In this document: piece by piece, positions 53,233-64,000 of the stretch | How the letters are laid out: each line of letters begins with the position of its first letter | Position numbering within the stretch: the first letter of the stretch is position 1 | Source: an uncultured cyanobacterium | GTDB taxonomy: Bacteria; Cyanobacteriota; Cyanobacteriia; PCC-6307; Cyanobiaceae | Length of the DNA stretch: 64,000 bases | Reading direction: 5' to 3' | Assembly: GCA_963765575.1 (NCBI GenBank) | Contig: CAVXWZ010000002.1 | Span: 480,001 to 544,000 of the forward strand | Position numbers and translations under genes: made by a program | Notes under the pieces: model-generated | Seen by the model: the letters and a program-made list of their open reading frames with translations, nothing else | Told to the model about the DNA's origin: nothing | Database searches by the model: none

Positions 53233-55002
53233 TCAACGCTGCAACGCTCCGTTTACCCTCACCTCACCGTCGCCGACACCAATCCAATCGCCATCAAAGC
53301 TGCGAAAGGTAAAGGACAACGGCTTCTCGAAATACTCAGCGGTGCGTTTCCGCAGAATCTCGATCGTGATCTGCTCTCCCAGGCGCAAACTCCTGGTGTT
53401 GTCGGTGCGCCAGTGAACGCCTCCCATGCTGCGACCCACGGCAACATTGGAAGCGAGCTTGTTGAGCTCACCTCCCACAGTGATGCGATCGGCATCAGCC
53501 CCGGAGTAGGGCTGCGGTGCCTGAAAGTCCTCACCGCCTTGATGGGCTCCCGGCGCCAGCAGCGAGAGCGGGCCAAGCAGGGGGTCACGGCGACGGGATT
53601 CGGGGAAGGCATCAAGCAGATCACCGAGCTTCTGGTCCTCGTCAAACCAGGCTTTCAGTGCGGTGACGCAAGCACCGGCAACCGTGGCATGGCCCGCTCC
53701 ATAGGCGGGGTGATTCGGAGATCCGGCTGAGAACGCCATCGGCAGAAAAAAGCTGCCGAACTCGCTGTGGATCCTGTTCGCCGCCGGCAGCACGGTCGCC
53801 ACGGGCAGGTTGTAGTCCCGCCGATCCCCAGCCACGCCTTCGCACTGCATCTGGACCATGCCCCCATAGACCTCCGGGCGACAGCGACGGTGCACCAGCC
53901 ATTTCTGCCGCCACACCACTTTCAATGCCCGGCTGGCCACCTCAGAGACGAAGGTGAGCAGATCGGGCCCCCCGAGGGTGGCGAAACCTCCCTCCCGGCT
54001 GACGCGCACTCCCCCTTTGTAGGGATTCCCATCATCCACTGGGGCGCCAATACCATCGAGGAAAAGAGCCGCATTGAAATAGGCCTGGTGGAGAGCATCT
54101 CGATTCACAAAACGAGCCAGGTCTCGCATGGTTGAGATATGCCTGACCTTGAAGTCACTGGGATAATAATCAGCCCCGGCGGCCTGACGGCTGGCATTTT
54201 GCTGGTCACCAAAGTGATTGCAAGTACCATAGTCTCTGCCAAATTTATCCTTGCCAGTATTTTGCGCGAGCAACCAATCATCATAGGTCGTCAGAAAATC
54301 TCTTTTGCGGAGATACGGCACCTGCTGCACACTGATGGTTTGGGTGCCATAGCCGACATCACGAAGGAAGAATTGGCTTACAATCGGGCCAAACTCTTCA
54401 TCATGAAGCCCACTGCGGAAGAGCGTTTCGGGCCTGATGTCCAGTTGGCCTGTACTGGTCACCGGCAGATCCAGCCCAAGCTTCAGCCCTCCCTGGGCCC
54501 GGTCCTGATCCAGCGCCTGCTGGAAGGCCTCCCGGACCTGCGTGACAGCCTCTGCCAGATTGACTGCGGAGAAATCGTTGAGCGGCAGATCGCGTAGCAG
54601 CGCCATCCAATACAGCTCAACCATCTCTGCAGCGCTGCTGACTGACGAGATCGACGGTGCTGGTGGCATCTCAAGGGTCTTTGGATCCGGCCCAAACCCC
54701 TCGCTGGCGGCAGACGCCAAAGGATTCACGAAGCGGGCTACCCCAGTGGTGAGACCAGGTTCGGCGACTGGAGAGAAGTCAGCGGGCTGAATTTCATAGC
54801 TGGGTGTGCGCTCAAACTTGACTGGCGAGCCCGCCTCAATCTCCAGGCATGTGCGCATGAAGTCTCGATACTGTGCGCGATCAACCTCGCCGTACTTATT
54901 GTGCTGAAGTGTCTTGTGGAAATTGCCAATAAAAGCAACTGCCGATGGGCCGAATTGCCTGATTTCATCGCCATTTGGCGTTGGAAATACCATGGTGGCC
55001 AC
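53233..55002 (-). CDS. Vanadium-dependent haloperoxidase (bromoperoxidase-like)
   Basis: NGDE N-terminal motif, EMVELYWMALLRD, DALHQAYFNA, QKWLVHRRCRPE, SPNHPAYGAGHA and GELNKLA.N...GRSMGGVHW vanadate-binding motifs. Confidence 0.9.
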   Translation of the reverse strand: MATMVFPTPNGDEIRQFGPSAVAFIGNFHKTLQHNKYGEVDRAQYRDFMRTCLEIEAGSPVKFERTPSYEIQPADFSPVAEPGLTTGVARFVNPLASAASEGFGPDPKTLEMPPAPSISSVSSAAEMVELYWMALLRDLPLNDFSAVNLAEAVTQVREAFQQALDQDRAQGGLKLGLDLPVTSTGQLDIRPETLFRSGLHDEEFGPIVSQFFLRDVGYGTQTISVQQVPYLRKRDFLTTYDDWLLAQNTGKDKFGRDYGTCNHFGDQQNASRQAAGADYYPSDFKVRHISTMRDLARFVNRDALHQAYFNAALFLDGIGAPVDDGNPYKGGVRVSREGGFATLGGPDLLTFVSEVASRALKVVWRQKWLVHRRCRPEVYGGMVQMQCEGVAGDRRDYNLPVATVLPAANRIHSEFGSFFLPMAFSAGSPNHPAYGAGHATVAGACVTALKAWFDEDQKLGDLLDAFPESRRRDPLLGPLSLLAPGAHQGGEDFQAPQPYSGADADRITVGGELNKLASNVAVGRSMGGVHWRTDNTRSLRLGEQITIEILRKRTAEYFEKPLSFTFRSFDGDWIGVGDGEVRVNGALQR

Positions 55003-55244
55003 TAGATGTTGGACAGCATGACCGCATCGATTCCGTCAACGCCAAAGCAGCATGGCGGCATTCATCGTGCGATCACTCAGCGACACAAGCACGAAATCTT
55101 TTCAGCAAGATTTTTTGGCATTGTTTTTTATTACAAGGCATCATTCCGGTCGCTGGATCCTCGCTGCGCCCGGCATCGACTGCGGTTGAACAAGCCCCGT
55201 GCTTCCTTATCTGGATGACCAGATCGCTTCCAGGCCAGGCCGAG

Positions 55245-56129
55245 ATGCCATCCCCAACCCCCACCGTGGCCTTCCTGGGGCTGGGAGCCCTGGGTGCCCC
55301 CATGGCCACCAATCTGCTGGCCGCTGGCTATCCGTTGCTGGTCCATAACCGCAGTCGGGCCAAGGAAGATCCCCTGGTGGCCGCCGGAGCCCAGCGGGCC
55401 GCGACCCCTGCAGCCGCCGCTGCGGCAGCGGACCTGCTCTGCGTCTGCGTGAGCGATGGGCCCGATGTGGAGGCCGTGCTCTTCGGCCCCAGCGGGGCGA
55501 TCGAGGGGCTGCGGGCCGGCTCGCTGGTGATCGACTTCTCGACCATCGCGCCGGCGACCAGCCGCAGGTTGGCGGCGCGGTTGGCGCCGCACGCAGTTGC
55601 TTACCTGGACGCCCCCGTCACAGGCGGCACCGAGGGCGCCGCTCGCGGCACCCTCTCAGTGCTGGTGGGCGGGGCGCCAGGGGACGTCGCCCGGGCCAAG
55701 CCCCTGCTGGAGGTGGTGGGCGAGCGCATCAGCCACCTCGGGCCGGTGGGGGCGGGCCAGCAGGCGAAGGCCGTGAACCAGGTGCTGGTGGCGGGCAGCT
55801 ACGCCGCCGTGGCCGAAGCCCTGGCCCTGGGCCAGCGGCTGGGGCTGCCGATGGCCCAGGTGGTGGAAGCCCTGCGCAGCGGTGCCGCCGGCTCCTGGGC
55901 CCTGGAGCACCGCAGTGCCGGCATGTTGCAGGGGGAGTTTCCCCTCGGCTTCCGGCTGAGCCTGCACCGCAAGGATCTGGCGATCGCCCTGGCGAGCGCC
56001 GCCGCCTGCGACCTTGAGCTGCCCTTGAGCCGGCTGGTGGCGGAGCTGGAGGACGGACTGATCGAGCTGGGCCATGGCGACGAGGACGTTTCAGCCCTGG
56101 CCCGGCTGTTCCAGCGGCCCCCGGGCTGA
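55245..56129 (+). CDS. NAD(P)-dependent oxidoreductase, 3-hydroxyisobutyrate dehydrogenase/tartronate semialdehyde reductase family
   Basis: FLGLGALG, DAPVTGG, KAVNQ and HRKDL motifs. Confidence 0.9.
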   Translation: MPSPTPTVAFLGLGALGAPMATNLLAAGYPLLVHNRSRAKEDPLVAAGAQRAATPAAAAAAADLLCVCVSDGPDVEAVLFGPSGAIEGLRAGSLVIDFSTIAPATSRRLAARLAPHAVAYLDAPVTGGTEGAARGTLSVLVGGAPGDVARAKPLLEVVGERISHLGPVGAGQQAKAVNQVLVAGSYAAVAEALALGQRLGLPMAQVVEALRSGAAGSWALEHRSAGMLQGEFPLGFRLSLHRKDLAIALASAAACDLELPLSRLVAELEDGLIELGHGDEDVSALARLFQRPPG

Positions 56130-56133
56130 GGCC

Positions 56134-56925
56134 TCAGGGTTGCAGCTGGTCGCGCTCGGCCACCACGCGCACCCGCTTGCTGGCGCTCACGAGCCCGTCG
56201 GGATGCACCAGCAGCACGGCCCAGGTCTGCTCTCCGGGATTGAGCGGGGCCCGCACGATCCGGAACAGGCCGCCACCGCCCAGGGCGCCGATGCGCAGCG
56301 TGGGGCTGTCGAACGCCGACACCTGGTCGCCCGTGAGGTCGGTGATGCCGCCGGCCAGGATCGCCCCGTCGAGGGGTTCATCGACGATCACGTCGACGTC
56401 GTAGCGCTCGCCGGTGAGCACGGTGTCGGGAATCATCACGGTCACCGGCAAGTCTTCCGGTCCGCTGCGCAACAGCGACTGATCGCGCAGCACCGTCTGG
56501 GCGTTGATGCGGCGGCCATCGCTCTCCAGCAGCAGCTGCTGTTCGGCCTCCAGCCGGAAACTCAGCGGGCCGTCCTCGCGGCTGCCGCGCACCTGCACCA
56601 GCACCGTGGCGCGGCCGCCCGGCAGCTCGGGGCCCGACACCAACTGCCAGCGGGCGTTGGGGAACTGGCTCAGCAGCCGCTTGCGGCGCGCCTGCACCGC
56701 CGCCGGGTCGAGGCCGGGCCCCGCCTCCAGCAGCAAGCCCAGATCACCCTGGCCGTTGAAGGCGGCCTCCAGGGCCTGGAGCTGCTGGGGCGTGGGCGCC
56801 GCCGCCCGGCCGGGCAGGGCCGCCGCGAGCAGCAGGGCCGCCATGCCCGCCAGGGCGGCGGCGCTCCGACCGCCGGATGCCGGCGCGCGGAGCGGGGAAC
56901 GGAAGGGGAAGGCGAAACGCCGCAT
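56134..56925 (-). CDS. Conserved exported hypothetical protein
   Basis: Signal-peptide-like N-terminus; G..YDVDVIVDEPL and GGGGLFRIVRAP conserved cyanobacterial segment; divergent from murG. Confidence 0.75.
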   Translation of the reverse strand: MRRFAFPFRSPLRAPASGGRSAAALAGMAALLLAAALPGRAAAPTPQQLQALEAAFNGQGDLGLLLEAGPGLDPAAVQARRKRLLSQFPNARWQLVSGPELPGGRATVLVQVRGSREDGPLSFRLEAEQQLLLESDGRRINAQTVLRDQSLLRSGPEDLPVTVMIPDTVLTGERYDVDVIVDEPLDGAILAGGITDLTGDQVSAFDSPTLRIGALGGGGLFRIVRAPLNPGEQTWAVLLVHPDGLVSASKRVRVVAERDQLQP

Positions 56926-56974
56926 GGGCCTTGGGGAAGCGCTTTTAAGTTAGGCGCGCTTGTGAGCGCCACCC

Positions 56975-58048
56975 ATGCCCAGGCTCCTTGTCGCCGCCAG
57001 CGGCACCGGAGGCCACCTGTTCCCGGCCCTGGCGGTGGCCGAGGCCCTGCCAGCCGGCTGGGAGGTGCGCTGGCTGGGGGTGCCCGACCGGCTGGAGCGG
57101 GAGCTGGTGCCAAGCCGCTACCCCCTGCACACGGTGCGGGCCGGTGGGCTGCAGGGCCGCGGCCTGCGCAAGCTGCTCAACCTGCTGCGCTTGCTGGGGG
57201 CGATCCGCAGCGTGCGGCGGCTGATCCGGCGCGAGCGCATCGACGTGGTCTTCAGCAGCGGCGGCTACATCGCCGCGCCGGCCATCCTGGCGGCGCGCTG
57301 GGGCGGCGTACCGGTGGTGCTGCATGACAGCAACGCCATCCCCGGTCGCGTCACGCGGCTGCTGGGGCGGCTCTGCACCCACGTGGCGGTGGGGCTGGTG
57401 GATGGGGCCGAGCGCCTGCCCCGTTGCCGGCCCCTGGTCACCGGCACACCCGTGCGCCGCGACTTCCTGGAGCCCGCCCCCGCTCCGTCCTGGCTGCCGC
57501 CGGGGGAGGGCCCCCTGCTGCTGGTGATGGGCGGCAGCCAGGGCGCGGTGGGGCTGAACCGCATGCTGCGCCCCCTGCTGGGGCGACTCAGCGACGCCGG
57601 CGTGCGGGTGGTGCACCTCACCGGCCGCAACGACCCCGAGGCCGGCGGGCCCCTGCCGCCCGGGGTGGTGGAACGGCCCTTCAGCACGGAGCTGGCCGGG
57701 CTGCTGCAGCACACCGACCTGGTGATCAGCCGGTCGGGGGCCGGGGCCCTCAGCGAGCTGGCCGTCTGCGCCACCCCGGCGATCCTGGTGCCCTACCCGG
57801 CGGCGGCCGATCACCACCAGGACGCCAATGCCCAGGCCGCGGCGCGGCTGGGGGCGGCGGTGATCGTGGCCGAACATTCCCCCGGGCAGCCGACGCTGGA
57901 GCGGACGATCTGGCGCCTGCTGGGGCCACGGCTGCGGGGGGTGGCCCCGGCGGCCGATCCACTCGAGGCGATGGGCGCGGGCATGGAGCGGCTGGCGGTG
58001 CGCGACGCCGACCGGCGCCTGGCAAAGCTGCTGGTGGATCTGGTGTAG
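56975..58048 (+). CDS. murG: UDP-GlcNAc:lipid I N-acetylglucosaminyltransferase
   Basis: [26 protein letters not shown] and DHHQDANA motifs. Confidence 0.95.
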   Translation: MPRLLVAASGTGGHLFPALAVAEALPAGWEVRWLGVPDRLERELVPSRYPLHTVRAGGLQGRGLRKLLNLLRLLGAIRSVRRLIRRERIDVVFSSGGYIAAPAILAARWGGVPVVLHDSNAIPGRVTRLLGRLCTHVAVGLVDGAERLPRCRPLVTGTPVRRDFLEPAPAPSWLPPGEGPLLLVMGGSQGAVGLNRMLRPLLGRLSDAGVRVVHLTGRNDPEAGGPLPPGVVERPFSTELAGLLQHTDLVISRSGAGALSELAVCATPAILVPYPAAADHHQDANAQAAARLGAAVIVAEHSPGQPTLERTIWRLLGPRLRGVAPAADPLEAMGAGMERLAVRDADRRLAKLLVDLV

Positions 58049-58052
58049 GGCC

Positions 58053-59147
58053 TCAGCCCAGCTCCCGCTCCAGCGCCCGCACCAGGCGCCGGTGGCCGCG
58101 GCGGTGCTGCAGCCCGATGCGCAGCCAGTCCTCCCCCAGTCCCTCGAAGGAGCGGCAGCCGCGCACCAGGATGCCGTGGCGCTCCTCCAGGGCGCAGCGC
58201 AGGCCCTCGAGGGAGCGATCACCCCGCAGCAGCAGGAAGTTGGCGGCCGATGGCATGGGGCTGAGGCCCGGCCAGCGCTGCAACTGCCCGGCCAGCCAGG
58301 GTCCCTCCCGCGCCGTCCAGCGCTGCACCCGCGCCGTCCAGCGCGGCAGCCAGCCCGGCCGCTCCAGCAGGCTCTCCCCCACCGCCAGCGCCAGCCCGTT
58401 GACAGGCCAGGGATCGCGCCACCCCGCCCAGCGCGCCAGCCGCTGCGGGTCGCCAAGGGCGTAGCCCAGCCGCAGGCCCGCCAGTGAGAGCAGCTTGGTG
58501 AGGCTGCGCACCACCACCAGGTTGGGATGGCGCGTCAGCAACGGAATCAGCGACTGGGCCTCGCCGCCGCCCACCAGGGGCAGGAAGGCCTCATCGCAGA
58601 TCACCAGCGCCTGGCGCGCCAGCAGCGGCTCCAGCGAGGCGCGGCTCCAGAGCTGGCCGGTGGGGTTGTGGGGGTTGGTGAGCCAGAGCACCGGGGCGTC
58701 GGCCCGACTGGCGGGGAAGGGCTGGGGGAAGGCGCCATCCCAGCGCAGCGGCAGCGGCAGCGGGGTGGCGGTGCCGCCCCAGCAGGCCAGGGCGCGGTGG
58801 TAGTCAGCAAAACCTGGCGCCGGCAGCAGGCTCGACCCCAGCGCGGCCGCGTCCCGGGCCGCCCAGGTGAACAGTTCGGCGGCGCCGTTGCCCGGCAGCA
58901 CCCACTCGGCCGGCAGGCCGTGGTGCCGGCCCAGCAACGCCCGCAGGCGCTGCCAGCTGCGGTCGGGGTAGACCCTGGGCGCCGGCCCCAGCGCCGCCCG
59001 CAGCAGGGCCAGCCGCAACGCCGGCGGCGGCGCGAAGGGCACCAGGGAGGCGCTGGCATCGAGCAGGGAGCCGGGGGAGCGGCCCAGCCGCCGGGCGGCG
59101 GCCGCCAGGTTGCCGCCATGGCGCTCGCTCGCCTGCCCGCTGCCCAT
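58053..59147 (-). CDS. PLP-dependent aminotransferase class I/II, threonine-phosphate decarboxylase (CobD)-like
   Basis: HGGN, DASAS, GNGAAELF, NPHNPTG, DEAF and RSLTK...GLRLGY motifs. Confidence 0.82.
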   Translation of the reverse strand: MGSGQASERHGGNLAAAARRLGRSPGSLLDASASLVPFAPPPALRLALLRAALGPAPRVYPDRSWQRLRALLGRHHGLPAEWVLPGNGAAELFTWAARDAAALGSSLLPAPGFADYHRALACWGGTATPLPLPLRWDGAFPQPFPASRADAPVLWLTNPHNPTGQLWSRASLEPLLARQALVICDEAFLPLVGGGEAQSLIPLLTRHPNLVVVRSLTKLLSLAGLRLGYALGDPQRLARWAGWRDPWPVNGLALAVGESLLERPGWLPRWTARVQRWTAREGPWLAGQLQRWPGLSPMPSAANFLLLRGDRSLEGLRCALEERHGILVRGCRSFEGLGEDWLRIGLQHRRGHRRLVRALERELG

Positions 59148-59229
59148 GGGCAAACGCTACGGTCCGGGCCTGCTGGCCGCGGTAGCGAATCCGCAACGGC
59201 GCTATAAGGCAGAGGTGTGGATCCGGGCC

Positions 59230-60138
59230 ATGAACCAACATCGCCGGTTCAGCGGCGCCCAGGACGGCGCCACCACCGCGCAGGTCCCTGCCGCGGCCAG
59301 GCTGGTGGCGCGGGCTGGGGTGGCACTCACCGCCACGGCCTGGCTGCTCGGCAGCGCCCCGGCCGCCATCGCCCAGGGACGCCCCTCATCCCAGGCGTCA
59401 CCCGCCGGCGGCACCGAGGCCCTGATTCAGCTGCTGGAGCAGCGCAGCTGCCAGGGCTGCAATCTGGCCGGCGCCGATCTGGTGCATGCCCAACTGGCCG
59501 ATGCCGACCTCAGCGGCGCCCGGTTGCAACGGGCCAATCTCAGTCAGGCCAAGCTCGATGGTGCCCGGCTCAGTGGGGCCGACCTCAGCTTCACCAGCCT
59601 GCTGGGCGCCTCGCTGCGCGGCGCCGACCTGCGCGGCGCCCGCCTGGAGGGCACCGACCTGCGCCAGACGGATCTCAGCGGCGCCCAGCTCAGCCCCGGT
59701 GCCCTCAGCCGGGCCCACTGGCAGGGAGCGCGGGGTGTCGACCAGGGGCTGCTGAGCTTCGGGGAACTGCACAACGCCGGCGTCGAGGCCGCCCAGAAGG
59801 GCCGCTTCCCGGAGGCCGAACAGTGGTTCAGTGAGGCGATTCGCCGCGAACCCGCCGCCGGGGTGAGCTGGCTGGCGCGGGGCATCACCCGCAGTCAGAT
59901 GGGCAGGCGGGAGGAGGCCTCCAACGATTTCGCCTACGCCGCCAGCCTCTACGAGGCCGCCGGCGATGGCGACCAGGCCGCCCAGCTGCGCCAGGCCGCC
60001 GAGCAGGCGAAGGCCGACCCCGACCGGCCTGCAGGCGGTGGCAACGGCATCGGTTCGATGGCCCTCACCGGCGCCATGGGCCTGCTGCAGTTTCTGGCAC
60101 CGCTGGCCGGCAAGGCCTTCCTGCCCCTGCCCTTCTGA
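59230..60138 (+). CDS. Pentapeptide-repeat protein with TPR-like C-terminus
   Basis: CQGCNL followed by A(D/N)LxG repeats, then helical TPR-like segments. Confidence 0.88.
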   Translation: MNQHRRFSGAQDGATTAQVPAAARLVARAGVALTATAWLLGSAPAAIAQGRPSSQASPAGGTEALIQLLEQRSCQGCNLAGADLVHAQLADADLSGARLQRANLSQAKLDGARLSGADLSFTSLLGASLRGADLRGARLEGTDLRQTDLSGAQLSPGALSRAHWQGARGVDQGLLSFGELHNAGVEAAQKGRFPEAEQWFSEAIRREPAAGVSWLARGITRSQMGRREEASNDFAYAASLYEAAGDGDQAAQLRQAAEQAKADPDRPAGGGNGIGSMALTGAMGLLQFLAPLAGKAFLPLPF

Positions 60139-60161
60139 AGCCCTCCGGCCAGCCCCGCTCT

Positions 60162-62515
60162 GTGGACAGTCCACGGCCCGCCGGCCACCTGGTTCTCGCC
60201 GGTGGCGGCCACACCCACGCGCTGGTGCTGCTGGGCTGGGCCATGGCCGCGGCTCGGCGGCGAAACGGCAGCCGCGGGGCGATGCGAGGGCTGGGCAGAG
60301 GAGTGGGCACAGGGACGAGCGGGCTGATCAGCCTGGTGAGCCGCGCCAGTTCGGCGCTCTACTCCGGCATGGTGCCGGGCCTGCTGGCCGGCCTCTACGA
60401 CCGCGACGCCTGCAGCATCGACCTGCGGCGCCTCTGCGAGCTGGCGGGGGTGACCTTCATCGCCGCCGAGATCACCGGCCTGGAGCCGGGGGCCCGCGCG
60501 CTGCTGCTGCAGGGCCGGCCGCCGCTGCACTGGGACTGGCTGAGCCTGGATGTGGGCTCCCAGACCGCCATGCCCGCACCCGATCCGAGCGCCGAGCAAG
60601 CGCCGGGAGGCCGCGCCACGGCCATGGCCGTCAAGCCCCTCGAGCCCTTTCTGGCCTGGGCCGACGCCCACCTGGCCGCGGCCAGCCCAGGGCCCCACGG
60701 CGCCGACGCGGGGACGCCGGATCTGCCCATCCGCGGCGGCGGCGCGGCGGCGGTGGAGGTGGCCCTGGCGCTGCGGGGACGCGGCCGGCGGCCGGCGTTG
60801 CTGCTGCGCGGCCAGCAGCTGCATCTGGGGTCGCGCGCGGCCAACCGGCTGGGTGAAGGGTTGCTGGCCGCGGCCGGCATTCCGCTGCGGCGCCAGGCGG
60901 GTCCGGCGGAGCCGGCAGTGCTGGCCTGCACCGGCAGCCGCGCGCCGCTCTGGCTGGGGGCGGCGGGCCTGCCCACCGAAGCCGCCAGTGGACGGGTGCT
61001 CACCGAGGCCACGCTGCAGGTGCTGGGCCACCCGCGGCTGTTCGCCTGCGGCGACTGCGCCGTGATCGCCGCCGACCCCAGACCGGCCTCGGGGGTGTGG
61101 GCGGTGCGGGCCGCGCCCACCCTGGGCGCCAACCTGGCGCGCTGCCTCAACGCGGCGCAGGCCCCAGAACCCAGGGGGATGCGGCGCTGGCGGCCCCAGC
61201 GCCGGGCCCTGCAGCTGCTCGCCGATGGCAGCAAACCCCGGCACCCCCGGGCGATCGCCCTCTGGGGCCCGTGGGCCGTGGGTCCGAGCCGGCTGCTGTG
61301 GCGGTGGAAGAACCGCATCGACCGCCGCTTCATGGAACGGTTCGAGGCCCTCGGGGCGATGGCGCCCGAGGGGGGGACGCCCCGGCGATGGCCTGCCGCG
61401 GCTGCGCCGCCAAGCTGCCGGCGGCCACCCTCTCGGCAGGCCTGCAGCAGGCAGGCCTCACAGCAGCCACCGGCGGGCCTTGCTCAAGGCGCCCGCCAGC
61501 CGCCGGAATCGGGCCAGCCCGCAGCCGCCGGCGCCGAGGACGCGGCCCTGATCGGACGCGACGCCCGGGGCCAGCTGCTGCTGCAGAGCGTCGATGGCTT
61601 TCCGGCCCTGGTGGGCGATCCCTGGCTCAACGCCCGCCTCACCACCCTGCACGCCTGCAGCGACCTGTGGGCCTGCGGCGCCCGCGTCAGCAGCGCCCAG
61701 GCCCTGGTGACCCTGCCGGAGGCGGCGCCGCGGCTGCAGCAGGAGTGGCTGGCCCACACCCTCGCCGGCATCCGCTCGGTGCTGGAGCCCCTGGGGGCGT
61801 CCCTGCTCGGCGGCCACACCCTCGAGGGCCGCGACGGCGCCGGCCTGGCCCTGGCCCTGAGCGTGAACGGCCGCGTGGCACCCCCGGACCACTGGCCCAA
61901 GGGGCCCCTGCGGCCAGGCCAGGTGCTGCTGCTCACGCGTCCGCTGGGCACCGGTGTGCTGTTTGCCGCCGCCATGGCGGCGGCCGCCCGGCCGGCCTGG
62001 ATCGACCAGGCCCTCGAGCAGATGCAGCAGAGCCAGGCGGAGCTGGTGCAACCGCTGCGGGAGCTGGGCTGCCGCGTCTGCACCGACATCACCGGCTTCG
62101 GGCTGCTGGGCCACCTGGGGGAGATGCTGGCCGCCAGCCCGCCGGGCCTGCGGGTGGAGCTGGATGCCTGGGCGGTGCCGGCCCTGCCCGGCACCCTTGA
62201 GCTCCTCGCCCAGGGCCGGGCCAGCAGCCTGGCTCCCACCAACGCCACCGCCCTGGCCCTGCTGGGGGGGCCGGTGCAGCTCGGCGCCCCGCCCGGCGCC
62301 AGGGCAACGGCGGCATTGGATCGGGCCCGGCAGGGCCTGCTGATCGATCCCCAGACCTGTGGCCCCCTGCTGGCGGCCCTGCCGGCCGGCGCCGCCGCGG
62401 CGGGCCTGGAGGCCCTGCGCGAGCACGGGTTTGGCGCGGCGCAGGTGATCGGCCGGGTGCTGGACCCTGCCGAAAACCGCGAGGGCACTGTCGCCAGCGC
62501 ACCGGGCCTGGGAGA

Positions 62516-62519
<4 letters not shown>
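60162..62519 (+). CDS. selD: FAD-oxidoreductase-SelD fusion (selenide, water dikinase); a compensating indel pair near 61370-61460
   Basis: GGGHTH, YSGMVPG, FACGDCA; SVDGFP, SDLWACG, GGHT, TDITGFGLLGHL and DPQT.G.LL motifs. The catalytic MACRGCAAKL block is in another frame. Confidence 0.88.

Positions 62520-64000
<1,481 letters not shown>

Noticed and set aside
55036..55038. Selenocysteine readthrough of the TGA upstream of the haloperoxidase
   Set aside because: I could not recognise a SECIS hairpin, no Sec machinery is in the window, and the position is not catalytic.
59455..59720. Repetitive DNA in the pentapeptide gene
   Set aside because: It is fully explained by the encoded pentapeptide repeats.

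Overview
GC-rich picocyanobacterial (Cyanobium/Synechococcus-like) chromosome segment. Most of it is core backbone: the phylloquinone genes (DHNA-CoA thioesterase, menE, menC, menA, menF), gshB-grxC, prfB with its programmed +1 frameshift, ybeY-dgkA-trpG/pabA, hisC, argS, nadC-mnmE, relA/spoT, rluA-rbgA-usp, pgk, murG, a cobD-like aminotransferase, selD, kdsD and kdsA. Accessory cassettes sit between core genes: (1) a K+ channel, a cNMP-binding patatin and a Coq4-like gene; (2) a lower-GC block with Dps, a double-CDGSH/FMN glutamate-synthase-like protein, DUF2254, Ppx/GppA and a patatin; (3) a GT1 glycosyltransferase and a Zn-ribbon/HExxH membrane protein; (4) a 12 kb glucosylglycerol cluster with ggpS, a sugar ABC transporter, two GH13 enzymes, glpD and glpK; (5) SelO with GlsB/YeaQ; (6) a vanadium-dependent haloperoxidase. 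Many single-base indels break genes, including argS, hisC, menC, selD and kdsA, and are most likely sequencing or assembly errors. Short tandem duplications recur exactly at start and stop codons. I saw no rRNA, tRNA, CRISPR array, integrase or transposase. All product calls come from recognising motifs by eye, not from database searches.
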